The notes under the pieces were generated by a model that worked only from the letters and a program-made list of their open reading frames with translations, ran no database searches and was not told the origin of the DNA. Made by a program: the position numbers and the translations under genes. 64,000 bases of DNA from Phyllobates terribilis (taxonomy: Eukaryota), in NCBI RefSeq assembly GCF_046119375.1, contig NW_027362761.1, forward strand, positions 785,354,001 through 785,418,000, written 5' to 3'. The stretch's first letter is position 1. Each line of letters starts with the position of its first letter. Of the stretch, positions 33,469 to 45,575 are shown piece after piece.

Positions 33469-36191
33469 TCATCCTGTTTTGCCTTTACCCCTATATTGAG
33501 GGGTCTGCTCTTGGGAGGGACGAAAAGGCCTCTTCCTCACATTCCTAGGGTCCGGGAGGGCCTTCTTATCTGAGGCCTTCTCTAGAAGATCATCTAGGGC
33601 TGGCCCGAACATGTATTTCCCCTTAAAGGGGATAGAACACAACTTCATTTTTGATGCCACGTCGCCGTTCCAGGATTTCAACCATAGGGCCACTCTCACG
33701 GATTCTGCAGAGGCGTCTGCTAAAAACCCCGTAGCTTTCTGTAGAAGCAGTAGGCATGCCAAGATGTCTTCTCTGGGGGTGCCTGAAACTAGGTATTCCT
33801 CCAGTTGATCTAGCCAACGAGCCATTGATCGAGCTACGCCCGTAGAGACTGCGTTGGTGCTTAGTGTTGCCGAGGTCTCCCAGGATTTTCTGAGTAGTCC
33901 CTCCATTTTGCGTTCCAAGGGGTCTTTTAATTGAGAGGAATCTTCAAAGGGCAGTGTGGTTTTCTTTGCTACTCGCGCAATCTGGATATCCACTCTTGGG
34001 ACTTCAGACCAGCATTCTGCCGTCTCATTGTCTACAGGAAATCTATCCCTTAACTCTGTAGGGGTATTTAATCTCTTTTCTGGAGATTCCCACTCCTCTA
34101 AGACTAAGTCCCTAATACTCTGGTGTATATGGAACACCATTTTTTTTCCTGGAACGTAGCCCCCCAAACATCTGATCCTGTACTGTTTGGGGCACTTTCT
34201 TCCTCGACCTCCATAGTTCTCCTTACTGCCATGAGGAGTTCCTCCAAACTATCTGATGGAAAGTAATATCTCTCTCGTTGGGAGTTATCAGGGGCTGAAC
34301 TTAGTTCACCTTCCTCTGGAAGATCTTCCGAGATATATACAGTTAGGTCCATATATATTTGGACAGACAACATTTTTCTAATTTTGGTTCTAGACATTAC
34401 CACAATGAATTTTAAACAAAATAATTTAGATGCAGTTGAAGTTCAGACTTTCAGCTTTCATTTGAGGGTATCCACATTAAAATTGGATGAAGGGTTTAGG
34501 AGTTTCAGCTCCTTAACATGTGCCACCCTGTTTTTAAAGGGATCAAAAGCAATTGGACAATTGACTCCAAGGCTATTTCATGGACAGGTGTGGACAATCC
34601 CTTCGTTATGTCATTCTCAATTAAGCAGATAAAAGGCCTGGAGTTGATTTGAGGTGTGGTGCTTGCATTTGGAAGGCTTTGCTGTGAAGTAAACATGCGG
34701 TCAAAGGAGCTCTCCATGCAGGTGAAACAAGCCATCCTTAAGCTGCAAAAACAGAAAAAAAACATCCAAGAAATTGCTACAATATTAGGAGAGGCAAAAT
34801 CTACAGTTTGGTACATCCTGAGAAAGAAAGAAAGCACTGGTGAACTCATCAATGCAAAAAGACCTGGGCACCCACGGAATACAACAGTGGTGGATGATCG
34901 CAGATTAATCTCCATGGTGAAGAGAAACCCCTTCACAACAGCCAACCAAGTGAACAACACTCTCCAGGAGGTAGGCGTTTCAATAGCCAAATCTACCATA
35001 AAGAGAAGACTGCATGAAAGTAAATACAGAGGGTTCACTGCACGATGCAAGCCACTCATAAGCATCAAGAATAAAAAAGGCTAGACTGGACTTTGCTAAA
35101 AAAAAAAAAAACATTAAAAAAGCCAGCACAGTTCTGGAAGAACATTCTTTGGACAGATGAAGCAAAGATCAACCTCTACCAGAATGATGGAAAGAGAAAA
35201 GTATGGCGAAGGTGTGGTACAGCTCATGATCCAAAGCATACCACATCATCTGTAAAACACGGGGGAGGCAGTGTGATGGCTTGGGCATGCATGGCTGCCA
35301 GTGGCACTGGGTCACTAGTGTTTATTGATGATGTGACACAGGACAGAAGCAGCCAAATGAATTCTGATGTATTCAGAGCCATACTGTGTGCTCAGATCCA
35401 GCCAAATGAAGCCAAACTGATTGGTCGTCGTTTCATACTACAGATGGACAAAGACCTAAAACAAAGCCAAAGTAACTCAGGAGTTTATTAAAGCAAAGAA
35501 GTGGAATATTCTTAAATGGCCAAGTCAGTCACCTGATCTCAACCCAATTGAGCATGCATTTCAATTGTTAAAGACTAAACTTCAGACAGAAAGGCCCACA
35601 AACAGCAACTGAAAACCACCGCAGTGAAGGCCTGGCAGAGCATCAAAAAGGAGGAAACAGTGTCTGGTGATGTCCATGAGTTCAAGACTTCAGGCAGTCA
35701 TTGCCAACAAAGGGTTTTCAACCAAGTACTAGAAATGAACATTTTATTAATTATTTAATCTGTCCAATTACTTTTGGTCCCTTTAAAAACAGGGTGGCAC
35801 ATGTTAAGGAGCTGAAACTCCTAAACTCTTCCTCCAATTTTAATGTGGATACCCTCAAATGAAAGATGAAAGTCTGAACTTAAACTGCACCTGAATTGTT
35901 TTGTTTAAAATTCATTGTGGTAATGTCTAGAACCAAAATTAGAAAAATGTTGTCTCTGTCCAAATATATATGGACCTAACTGTATATCTTCTCTTGAGAG
36001 TCTTCCTCCCCTCCCTCTGGCAGGCTAATCTTCCTCTTTTTGGCTGCTGAGGGAGTAGATGTAGAACCCTGACTAGGTGAGGGTGTAGGAAGAGTGACCG
36101 AGGCCAAGGAGGATTTGATCTCCTGACATACAATCCCCTTTATCTCCTCCATTAAGCAAGGTTGTTTTCTTCTCCGTAAAAGTCCTTGCAT
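33469..36191 (-). pseudogene. DIRS gag (ORF1), split by a Tc1 insertion and frameshifted
   Basis: ORFs 35976-36191, 34104-34403 and 33469-34167 (LPFEDSSQLKDPLERK, PFKGKYMFGPALD). Confidence 0.75.
34340..35982 (+). mobile_element. Tc1 DD34E transposon with ~220-bp TIRs, frameshifted
   Basis: TA|cagttaggtcc ... ggacctaactg|TA. MRSKELSMQVK paired-like HTH, WTDE, KHGGGSVMAW, WPSQSPDLNPIEH. Confidence 0.93.
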
Positions 36192-37002
36192 AGGGGCTTT
36201 CTATGGGAGGACGATAAGTTTTTTTTTGTACAGATGGGACATCTGCGTGACTGTTTAACTTTTTCTCCAGATGCAGGTTCCTTGTCCCCCTACAAAAGAG
36301 GGGAGAAGGGAAGGGGAGCTATAATCACTATTTCCTGCATCTGGGAGATGGACTACCAGTGCCATACTTACTGGGACCGGACCGGCACTGGGTTCTACAG
36401 ATGCAGAGCGAGAAGCTTCAACAGACATGGTTTTGTCCTACCTGTAGATGTCTTCCTGTCCAGGGCTCCTTTTATGGGCGACCGTACCATCGCCTCCCTC
36501 TGTTTAGAGGGCTCCTCCCCCGGTGTCCAGGTGAAGATTCCTGATCACCGGCAGCATTCCGCTCTTCTTCCCCCATAGCTTTTTTTGATGTGGATCACAG
36601 TGGAACGCAAACTGCCAGAAGTGACATAATCCACATCCTGAAGCTGGCATCGCCCGCGCATCCAGCGGGGGAGAGGAGGAGATGGACCGGAGAGCTCAGA
36701 GAGGCCTCCGATCAGAAGATCCTGCAGACCTTGCCCGAAAGCGCAGACTGCAGGAGGGGTCCTGAATCCAGGAGACTGGAGCAGCTCCCTGAGGAGGAGA
36801 GGTAAAGACCGCTCAATCCTCCGCTGCCTGGCTAGTAGCTTTCCCCCAGTGCCTGTCACCAGCTCAGCACACCGGAAAATAACACTGGAGGGAGGATGTG
36901 GGAGGGGCTATTTAAACCTCTTCGTATTTCCTGTCCCTATTAGGGTGGGGTTACATCCTCCCGTGTGCTGTTGTGGGGGGGTTATTAGAGAAGATTGTAT
37001 AA

Positions 37003-37863
37003 GGGTATGTGCACACGATGCAGAAATGCTCAGGATTTTTTCCTGAGCGTTTCTGCATCTCTCCGGCAGGAAAAAACGCATGCGGATTGTACATGCGGTT
37101 TCCTGCCAGGGACATGTGGAAATGAAGCGGTCTTCACTTTAATTTCCGCATGCAGGTTGACAAGCGCTTCCCAAGCGATTTTAGCATCACTTGGAAAGTG
37201 CTTGTCGACTTCACACTATATAAATCCATGCAACCGGTATGGATTTATATAGTGTGTGATGTCAAAAAATAAAAAATAAATATATACTTTACCCTCTGAT
37301 GGCCCCCGGTGTCCTGCTTCATCGGTCCCGGCTGCCGGCAGTGAAGACTGTAGGACCTTCCGACGTCAGCGTCACGTGACCCATCACATGACTGACGTCA
37401 GCGAAGGTCCTTCATTTAACCGCGAAGTGCGCGGGAAGCCGGCAGGACGCAGCGCGGGCCGTCAGAAGGTGAGAATATATATATTTTTTATTTTATTCTT
37501 TTTTTTTTTAATGGTACCTGGGTCTGGATGAGAGTCCTCTCATCCACACCCGGGTACCATCCGCACATTAGACCGCATGAAAAGCGCATCAACATATACA
37601 GTGATGCGGATTCCATGCGGTCTAATGCAAGTCAATGGCGGCAAAAGAGCAGCGTTTCCGCAAAATTAATTGACATGCTGCGGATTTTTGACCGCAGCGT
37701 TTACGCTGCGGAAAAATCCGCATCATGGGCACAGCACATGCGGATTTCCATTGGGGAACATTGCTGCCCTTCTACCATGCATTTTTCATGCGTTTCCGCG
37801 GCGTTTATGCAACTGCAAAAACGCCGCGGAAACGCATGAAAAACACATCGTGTGAACTCAGCC
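37003..37863. mobile_element. PIF/Harbinger-type MITE with TAA TSD
   Basis: taa|gggtatgtgcacacgatg ... catcgtgtgaactcagcc|taa. Confidence 0.75.
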
Positions 37864-38819
37864 TAAATCGGGGCTTGAAATGGATTAAAACATGTACATA
37901 GCCACACTAGTCGGATCCCAGCCCTATATTTTTATTTTGAAGCATCCAATGAGCCTGTTCAAGTCATTGTGATGGGAGGGAGAGTAGGGTCAGTTGAGAC
38001 ATCACATTGTGATTAGTGGATCAGGTGTAAGGCCATGTTACCACGATTGGTTTTTTTAAGCTGTGCATTTTTGAAAAAAAAATGTTATCAAATTTACTTA
38101 ATGGGTGCAGAAACATCTGCAACATCAAAAACTCATCGTTGAAACAGCCTTACCTGTCAGTGTAATCCTGCCTCAGATTAGGAGTTTTCAGCAGGGTCGT
38201 TAAGTTTAAAAAAAAAAAAAAGTACTCTTGCAATTTTCACAATGGCCAGTGGGGCATTTTTAAAGATGGTGATTAGAAAAAAATATGCCAAAATTGTTTT
38301 AAAATACATGTAATAAAAAACCTGATTGAACACAATATGCCATTGCAAGATAACTTCGCTTTGAGCAGAGCCTTCCAAAGCCCCATTCTTGGGATGAATG
38401 GCAGATACTACATTTGCAACCCCAGCAAGTTATTACACATCCTATATTTGCTAAAACCTTTCAAGACCTGGCAGTTTTGTTTTTATCCTTTCCTTCTTTC
38501 AAGAGTATTGGCTTATTACCCTGACCCCACAGGCATATGAGGGCTTGCCCACAGCTGGCTCCTGTTGCCATCAGCATGATGTTGGCAGTGACACCCCAGC
38601 AGAGCGCTGCTCTGTCAATGTGATGTCAGCCGCTGAATCACCAGCAGGAGCAGACCCGGCAGATATCGGCGCCGGGCACAAGAGGCAAACAGTTAGCAAC
38701 TACCTGCTTGTTCTTCGGCACATTGTAAACAATTAAATAGTCCCAGATAACACCTCTAACTTTGAAGCACCATGCTATTAGAAAAGGCCATTGACAATTC
38801 CAAAGTTAAACACTTGTCA

Positions 38820-39095
38820 CAAGTTGGGTTTATACTTTTTATTACAAAATGTCAAACACTGGAGATGTAATGCAGCGAAAGTCACAAGGTAACGGTACAT
38901 TCAAACATAAAAACTTTATGAACATAAAATCACTGTATACAGATGAGGAATAATGGGCATAAAAACAAAAAGAGGGGGTGGGGGAGGGAAGGTGCTATTT
39001 ACAGCAAGACACCAATGTGTCTTGTACACAAGTCCTCATAAATTTATGTAGATATAACGCCCGCCTGGATGACCTGTGCAGCCAGTCCTCTCCAC
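38820..39095 (-). other. HNRNPDL: HNRNPDL terminal non-coding exon (3'UTR)
   Basis: Acceptor ctgtttctcttgtag| at 39095. Contains GTGTACAAGACAC, recalled from the mammalian 3'UTR. 3' end approximate. Confidence 0.7.
38838..38843 (-). terminator. Probable HNRNPDL polyadenylation signal AATAAA
   Basis: tttatt on the plus strand, about 255 nt into the terminal exon. Confidence 0.55.
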
Positions 39096-39507
39096 CTACA
39101 AGAGAAACAGCAGCATTAGACCCATGCAATGGTGGCCACTTACACAATACGCTAATCATTTGCACATCTATTGACCTTTTACCCCCTCTAATTCCAAGGT
39201 GTCCGCTATGAAGTGACATTTACTTATGTGCATATGACCTTCCCCAAAAGACACCCTCACTTTATTAAGCTCCTCTGCAGATTTCACTATTAGCTATAAA
39301 GAAAAGAAGCAAGCATTAAATCCTAAAAATCAGAACACTTAAAAGCCAAATAAGCTGTAAAAAGGCATCTACTTTATTAACTCCTGTAAAAAATTTAAAT
39401 TGAACGTTAACAAAAAGACTTAATAGGAGATAAAGAAGCCAAAGTCTGAAGTGGTTTTCCCCCAATTTAATCTTTACGCTGGTACATGAAGTTGGAAGAG
39501 ACCATAC

Positions 39508-39611
39508 CACAGGACAGCGGTTTCTGGTGTACGCCTTGCGCTCTGCCCACAACGTGCGACCCCAGAGATAGACGTGGTCAGGGTGACACACGGCCTGCAA
39601 TGAAGTTCCCG
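39508..39611 (-). other. HNRNPDL: HNRNPDL 3'UTR cassette exon (exon 8, NMD-inducing), 104 nt
   Basis: ccgccag|CGGGAACTTCATTGCAGGCCGTGTGTCACCCTGACC...GCTGTCCTGTG|gtatgg, close to the recalled mammalian exon 8. Confidence 0.85.
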
Positions 39612-40004
39612 CTGGCGGGTACAAACAAGGTATAATGTCAGAGTTAGAAGACAACATTCTTCTCTACCTTAAGTTGTACCCATTTCAGTACGTTACCTGG
39701 TATTACTTTAATAAAATTGCTTAAATTTTATTCCATAGAGCGTCTGGCATAAAGACCAGAAAACCCCAATTTAAATAAACGATATCTGTATAAAATTTTT
39801 TACCAGGGAAAAACATTTAAGGTCGCGTCTTTAAGTTAAAGCTCTATAAAAAACACAATTTTATGTGAATTAAAACAATAATAAGTCTTTATTAAAGAGG
39901 AGGCCACACAATGTTTAAGTTATCTTTATTAAAAAGTTTAGGGTTCAAAATCTATAAGCAGTCTAGAAATCCCGTCATACACACCTTATGTGAAGATCAC
40001 AGCC

Positions 40005-40100
<96 letters not shown>

Positions 40101-40163
40101 CTAAAGCTGACCGATGCGGTGAGCGTGCAGTCTGTACAGTGTTCAACATAAAAAGTCACTCAC

Positions 40164-40352
40164 CACTGTAATCTGTATAGCCTTGGTTCCCGTATCCACT
40201 GTAACTCCCGTAGTTGTACCCAGAATAGTCATATCCGCCATAGTTATTGTAGCTGGCATCGCTGTAGGAGCTGCTGCCACTGCTGCTATAGCCACCATAT
40301 CCTCCTTGATCATAGTAGTTATTGTACCCTTGGTTCCAACTCTGTCCTTGGC
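40164..40352 (-). CDS. HNRNPDL: HNRNPDL exon 6, Gly/Tyr-rich prion-like exon (189 nt)
   Basis: [21 protein letters not shown]...[26 protein letters not shown]. ttcaag| and |gtgagt. Confidence 0.95.
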
Positions 40353-40521
40353 CTTGAAAGAAATACAGAGCAAGTCAGTTAGATACAGGAGAACTGGTGT
40401 TCACTGGACAGCTCAGTTCAGGTATGACACAAGACAACTGAAAAGGGGCAGCCGGGCCATGTTAAAAATGTAGCCAACCGCACTGAGTAAAGCACTGAAG
40501 GCATTAGGGAGTCCAAGTTAA

Positions 40522-42496
40522 AGAACCACTTCGGCTCCCATCAAAATGTTTATCCACTTAATACACTGCTCAAAAAAATAAAGAGAACACTTAAACAGAA
40601 TATAACTCCAAGTAAATCAAACTTCTGTGAAATTAAACTGTCCACTTAGGAAGCAACACTGATTGACAATCAATTTCACATGCTGTTGTGCAAATGAAAT
40701 AGACAATAGATGGAAATTCTTGGCAATTATCAAGACACACTCAATAAAGGAGTGGTTCTGCAGGTGGGGACCAGACCACATCTCAGTACCAGTGCTTTCT
40801 GGCTGATGTTTCGGTCACTTTTGAATGTTGGTTGTGCTTGCACACTCGTGGTAGCATGAGACGGACTCTACAACCCACAGAAGTTGCTCAGGTAGTGCAG
40901 CTCATCCAGGATGGCACATCAATGTGAGCTGTGGCAAGAAGGCTTGCTGTGTCCGTCAGCGTAGTGTCTAGAGGTTGGAGGCGCTACCAGGAGACAGGCC
41001 AGTACATCAGGAGACGTGGAGGGGGCCGTAGGAGGGCAACAACCCAGCAGCAGGACAGTTACCTCCGCCTTTGTGCAAGGAGGAACAGGAGGAGCAATGC
41101 CAGAGCCCTGCAAAGTGACCTCCAGCAGGCCACAAATATGCATGTGTCTGCACAAACTGTTAGAAACCGACTCCATGAGGGCCCGACGTCCACAGATCGG
41201 GGTTGTGCTCACAGCCCAACACCGTGCAGGACGCTTGTCATTTGCCACAGAACACCAAGATTGGCAAAGTCGCCATTGGCGCCCTGTGCTCTTCAGACGA
41301 AAGCAGGTAAACACTGAGCACATGTGACAGACGTGACAGTCTGGAGACACCGTGGAGAGTGACCTGCTGCCTGCAACATCCTTCAGCATGACCGGTTTGG
41401 CAGTGGGTCAGTAATGGTGTGGGGTGGCATTTCTTTGGAGGGCCGCACAGCCCTCCATGTGCTCGCCAGAGGTAGCCCGACTGCCATTAGGTACCGAGAC
41501 GAGATCCTCAGACCCCTTCTGAGACCATATGCTGGTGCGGTTGGCCCTGGGTTCCTCCTAATGCAGGACAATGCTAGACCTCATGTGGCTGGAGTGTGTC
41601 AGCAGTTCCTGCAAGATGAAGGCATTGAAGCTATGGACTGGCCCGCCCTTTCCCCAGACCTGAATCCGATTGAGCACATCTGGGACATCATGTCTCGCTC
41701 CATCCACCAACGTCACATTGCACCAGACTGTCCAGGAGTTGGCGGATGCTTTAGTCCAGGTGTGGGAGGAGATCCCACAGGAGACCACCGCAACCTCATC
41801 AGGAGCATGCCCAGGCATTGAAGGGAGGTCATACGGGGACACACACACCTCATTTTGACTTGTTTTACAGACATTACATCAAAGTTGGATCAGCCTGTAG
41901 TATATTTTTCCACTTTAATTTTGGGGGTGACTCCAAATCCAGGCCTCCATTGGTTAATAAATTTGATCTCCATTGATGATCTTTGTGTGATTTTGTTGTC
42001 AGCACATTCAACTTTGTACAGAACAAAGTATTCAATGAGAATATTTCATTCATTCAGATCTAGGATGTGTTATTTAAGTGTTCCCTTTATTTTTTTTTGA
42101 GCAGTGTATATTGCAATCATATTATATGGCACTGTGTACTTACAATTGCTCATTTTGCCTTTCTACCCAGTTAATTCTTCTCTTTTCTCTGCTCTACATA
42201 GAAACAGGAAGTCTTGTCTCTGCATGTAACATTCCACTCTTCACCCCCCCCCCCCCCCCACCCGGGACTTCTGCAGTGACTTAAGAGTCCTGCAGGTGAA
42301 ATGCATCTCCTGCTTCTACATAGAGCTTAGAAGGAATCCGCTAGTCAGTTTTTGATCATGCGATGTCCGATCTAATGGAAAAAAATTAACTGGGTATAAG
42401 GGTAAAAAGAGCAACTGTAAGTATACAGTGCTATATAATATGAGGATTGCAATATATTAAGAGGATAAAAATTTTGATGGGAGGAGGAGTGCTTCC
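40522..42496. mobile_element. T2-type palindromic MITE in HNRNPDL intron 5, interrupted by Tc1
   Basis: TTAA|agaaccactt.ggctcccatcaaaat ... attttgatgggaggaggagtgcttcc|TTAA. The arms match once the Tc1 is removed. Confidence 0.75.
40564..42106 (+). mobile_element. Full-length pseudogenised Tc1 DD34E (same family as 15648-17218)
   Basis: TA|cactgctcaaaaaaataaag ... gagcagtg|TA. MVWGGISLEG, MQDNARPH, WPALSPDLNPIEHIWD. Confidence 0.95.
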
Positions 42497-43605
42497 TTAA
42501 AGAAATTGGTTAAGACACATCCAAAAGTACAAAAAAATATGACCTTCCATCTTACTATAGATTGATGTAAAGCTTATCCCTTTAAAGTAAACCATGAGCT
42601 GAATAGAGATGGGATCTCTTATCTCCCGGAATACTAAAATGCTAAAGTATAAAACCTCAAAGAATTAAAAAACCAAATACCATTTAATTTAATAACAGGC
42701 CCGATAAGGGGGGAGTGAAGACAGATCTCTCCATTGTCTCACTATTTTGACAGCTGGATGAGACCTCCTGCTTCTGAGCTGGGCCATACCATTGTGTGGG
42801 GAGAGGGTGGAAACCTGTAAACAGGAGAGATCTGCATGTCTTGCATCAGCCTCTAGCCATCTCTACATACCATTTAGTTAGATTCAGATTAACCCTTGAC
42901 AGGCAGCCAGTTCCCTTCATTTCAGGATTTTTTTTTAAAGGAACTAAATCATCTTCCTGCATATGAACCCCTTTAGAGGCAAATGTTTACACTGCCTTTA
43001 CCTGGACTGCATAATACACACAGACATCTTATAACACAGTTAAAGGGAATCTGTCACCTGTTTTTGCAACCTAATTTGAGAGGTAGACAGACCGCAATTC
43101 AAGCCATCTCTGTAGATTCAATTAAAATAAATCACACTGTTATTGGCTGGCGAGCACTAGAAGACCAATAAACCTGCTACCATGTAGTCCTCCACATTCA
43201 TGATTTCTGTGTAACCTCATCCCCATAGTCTGCCATTACTACCTCTTGTGGGAGGGAATGAATCCTTACAGCTCACTTACTTCCAAAAAGTCTAAAGCAC
43301 TCAAGCATTGTCTTTGTGATTAATCAGTCAGCTAAGATTAAAGCTAAGACAGCCAACCTGACAGTTCACAGCCATAAGACATCCATTGCAACTGTGGCAA
43401 TATATGCAATATAGACAACAAACGTAAAGATTCGGGCCATTGCAGTAACTTAAGTGTCCACGAAAGGACTGAGCTGCACAAAGTAGTCTCATGACTTTCA
43501 CTGCTGGAGATTTTGTCAAGTTCTCAGTTTTAGCAGAGGAGTCTTAACAAAAAGATGCATGAAGTACCCATTAAAATAGTACTGAGCAAACGCAGTACTA
43601 CATAC

Positions 43606-43723
43606 CTCCTCTGCCTCTCCCTCGGCCACCTCCTCGTCCATTTGATGCTCCTCTTCCTCCTTTCTGTTGCTGCTGCTGCTGTTGTCTGTACAGCTCTTTG
43701 GGTTGCGCAACTTTGATCTCACA
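43606..43723 (-). CDS. HNRNPDL: HNRNPDL exon 5 ([14 protein letters not shown]7KGGRG...RGRGRG), 118 nt
   Basis: cctcag| acceptor, G|gtatgt donor, poly-Gln and RGG. Confidence 0.95.
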
Positions 43724-43785
43724 CTGAGGAGGACATGACGTTGCAGCAAGTGTTACTTTTGAGTAGGCCATACTACATAGGTTCA

Positions 43786-44007
<222 letters not shown>

Positions 44008-44851
44008 TTAGGGGGTTTTCCCCAATCCTATGGATAAGGCTGAACTGTCATTACTGGAGGTCCCAAAATGGAGAATGAGCCCCACTTGCACGAAGCAGAG
44101 CCCTGACAATGCTCTAATCATCACCTATGGAACCACTGGATGTAGCCAAGAGACACTCCCTGCCAGACCCATAGACAATGAGTACAGATAGTCATGCATG
44201 ACCCTTGCTACATTAAGGTGGGTTCAGGAGAGGGACCCCCAGTGATGACCATGTTCCCTACTGTCCTATGTATAGGTGATACCTTTCCATTGTGTTTAGA
44301 CATTTAATAATTCTGCTTCTATCATTTTAAAAATGTATTCAAAGAACCATGTTCCATGTAATGAGGAGGATGTGTGACTCACCAAGGTAGGATAACATTG
44401 GAGGATGGGATCATGTGATGCAGCTACAGCAGAGAAAGTGCTTGCCTGGTGGTACCTCAGGGAATGTGGACAATGTTACCAATGGGGGGGGCATGGTCTA
44501 CTGTCAGCATGTAGTGGCTCACCATGCAGCTTTTCTTTGGGTTGTACCATAGACCACACCATAGGTGACAGATTTCTAACTGTTAGGACCATTATTAGTA
44601 AATATGAGGGGGTGTCATGAAGCCCCTGCGCCTCCACACTGCCTCAGCTTCATCAAGCACACGGTGCCAAGCCAGTCACCGTCAACATGCACTTAAAGTA
44701 ATTCCACATCTGCTCAACCACATCAAATGCCCATAGGAATGGAGGGCTCCAGATGCCATTGTCAGCCAGCAGTCAGATAATATTCATTAGCCAGAAGTCT
44801 TAGAAAACTACAGTTATTGGGGTAAACCTGTTTAGAAGGTGGTGCACTTAC

Positions 44852-45013
44852 ATCTCCAAACGCTCCAAAATACTCCTTGATCTGCTCCTCTGTGGTGTCT
44901 GGGCTCAGGCCGCCAACAAACACTTTCTTGGGAGGCTCCTTTCCCTTTAAGGCCTTGGCCCTCTTCGGATCAATGAGCTTGCCGTCCAGCTTGTGCTCCT
45001 TGGTCTCCAGGAC
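44852..45013 (-). CDS. HNRNPDL: HNRNPDL exon 3, 162 nt
   Basis: [54 protein letters not shown]. ctacag| and |gtaagt. Confidence 0.97.
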
Positions 45014-45082
45014 CTGTAGATACAAGCCATTAGCCACCTGCAGCCGTGCAGCCATTAGCAGCCATGATGTAGGAGCCCTCAC

Positions 45083-45251
45083 CTTATCCACGCTGATCGC
45101 ATCCTTGAAGAGCACGAAGCCGAAGCCCCTGGAGCGACCAGTCACTGGGTCAGTCTTGATGGTGCAGTCCACGACCTCCCCGAAACGGGCCAGGTACTCG
45201 GTCAGGTCCTTCTTACTGGTGTCCCAGCTCAGGCCGCCGATGAACATCTTC
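45083..45251 (-). CDS. HNRNPDL: HNRNPDL exon 2 (RRM1), 169 nt
   Basis: [56 protein letters not shown]. ttacag| and |gtgagg. Confidence 0.97.
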
Positions 45252-45498
45252 CTGTAAGACAGACTATTAGGACGGCTGACGTCATCAGCGCTACCAGACA
45301 CACCCCCAGGGCTACTATTAGCCGGCGCGCAGTCAACGTCACGACTTGCCACGAACAGCGCCCCCTGTGGCCATTTCATGAACAGGTTACATTATTTGTC
45401 AGTAAGATACTGGCTATCAGAACTAATACACCGTCCTCCTCGCTTCCAGCCACGCAGGTATCAATCACAGACGTCTAAGTGGCTCCGCCCAGTTTTAC

Positions 45499-45575
45499 CC
45501 TTCATCCTGCTGATTCTTGCTGGCGTTGATCTTCGAGCCCTCGGAATATTGGTCCATAGCTTCGAATCCACTCAT
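45499..45575 (-). CDS. HNRNPDL: HNRNPDL exon 1 coding part (MSGFEAMDQYSEGSKINASKNQQDEG)
   Basis: EGSKINASKNQQD motif and GG|gtaaaa donor. Spliced CDS totals 918 nt (305 aa + stop). Confidence 0.9.

Larger units (their letters stand above)
30146..36992 (-). mobile_element. Structurally complete DIRS1-type retrotransposon (about 5.2 kb without the Tc1 insert)
   Basis: ITRs 36878-36990 and 30172-30288, right-ITR extension to 30146, ICR 30385-30473, and gag, RT/RH/MT and YR frames. Confidence 0.92.

Noticed and set aside
44762-45379. 205-aa single-exon RRM ORF (possible retrocopy)
   Set aside because: It is HNRNPDL exons 2-3 read through flanking introns with canonical splice sites, so it is the real spliced gene.
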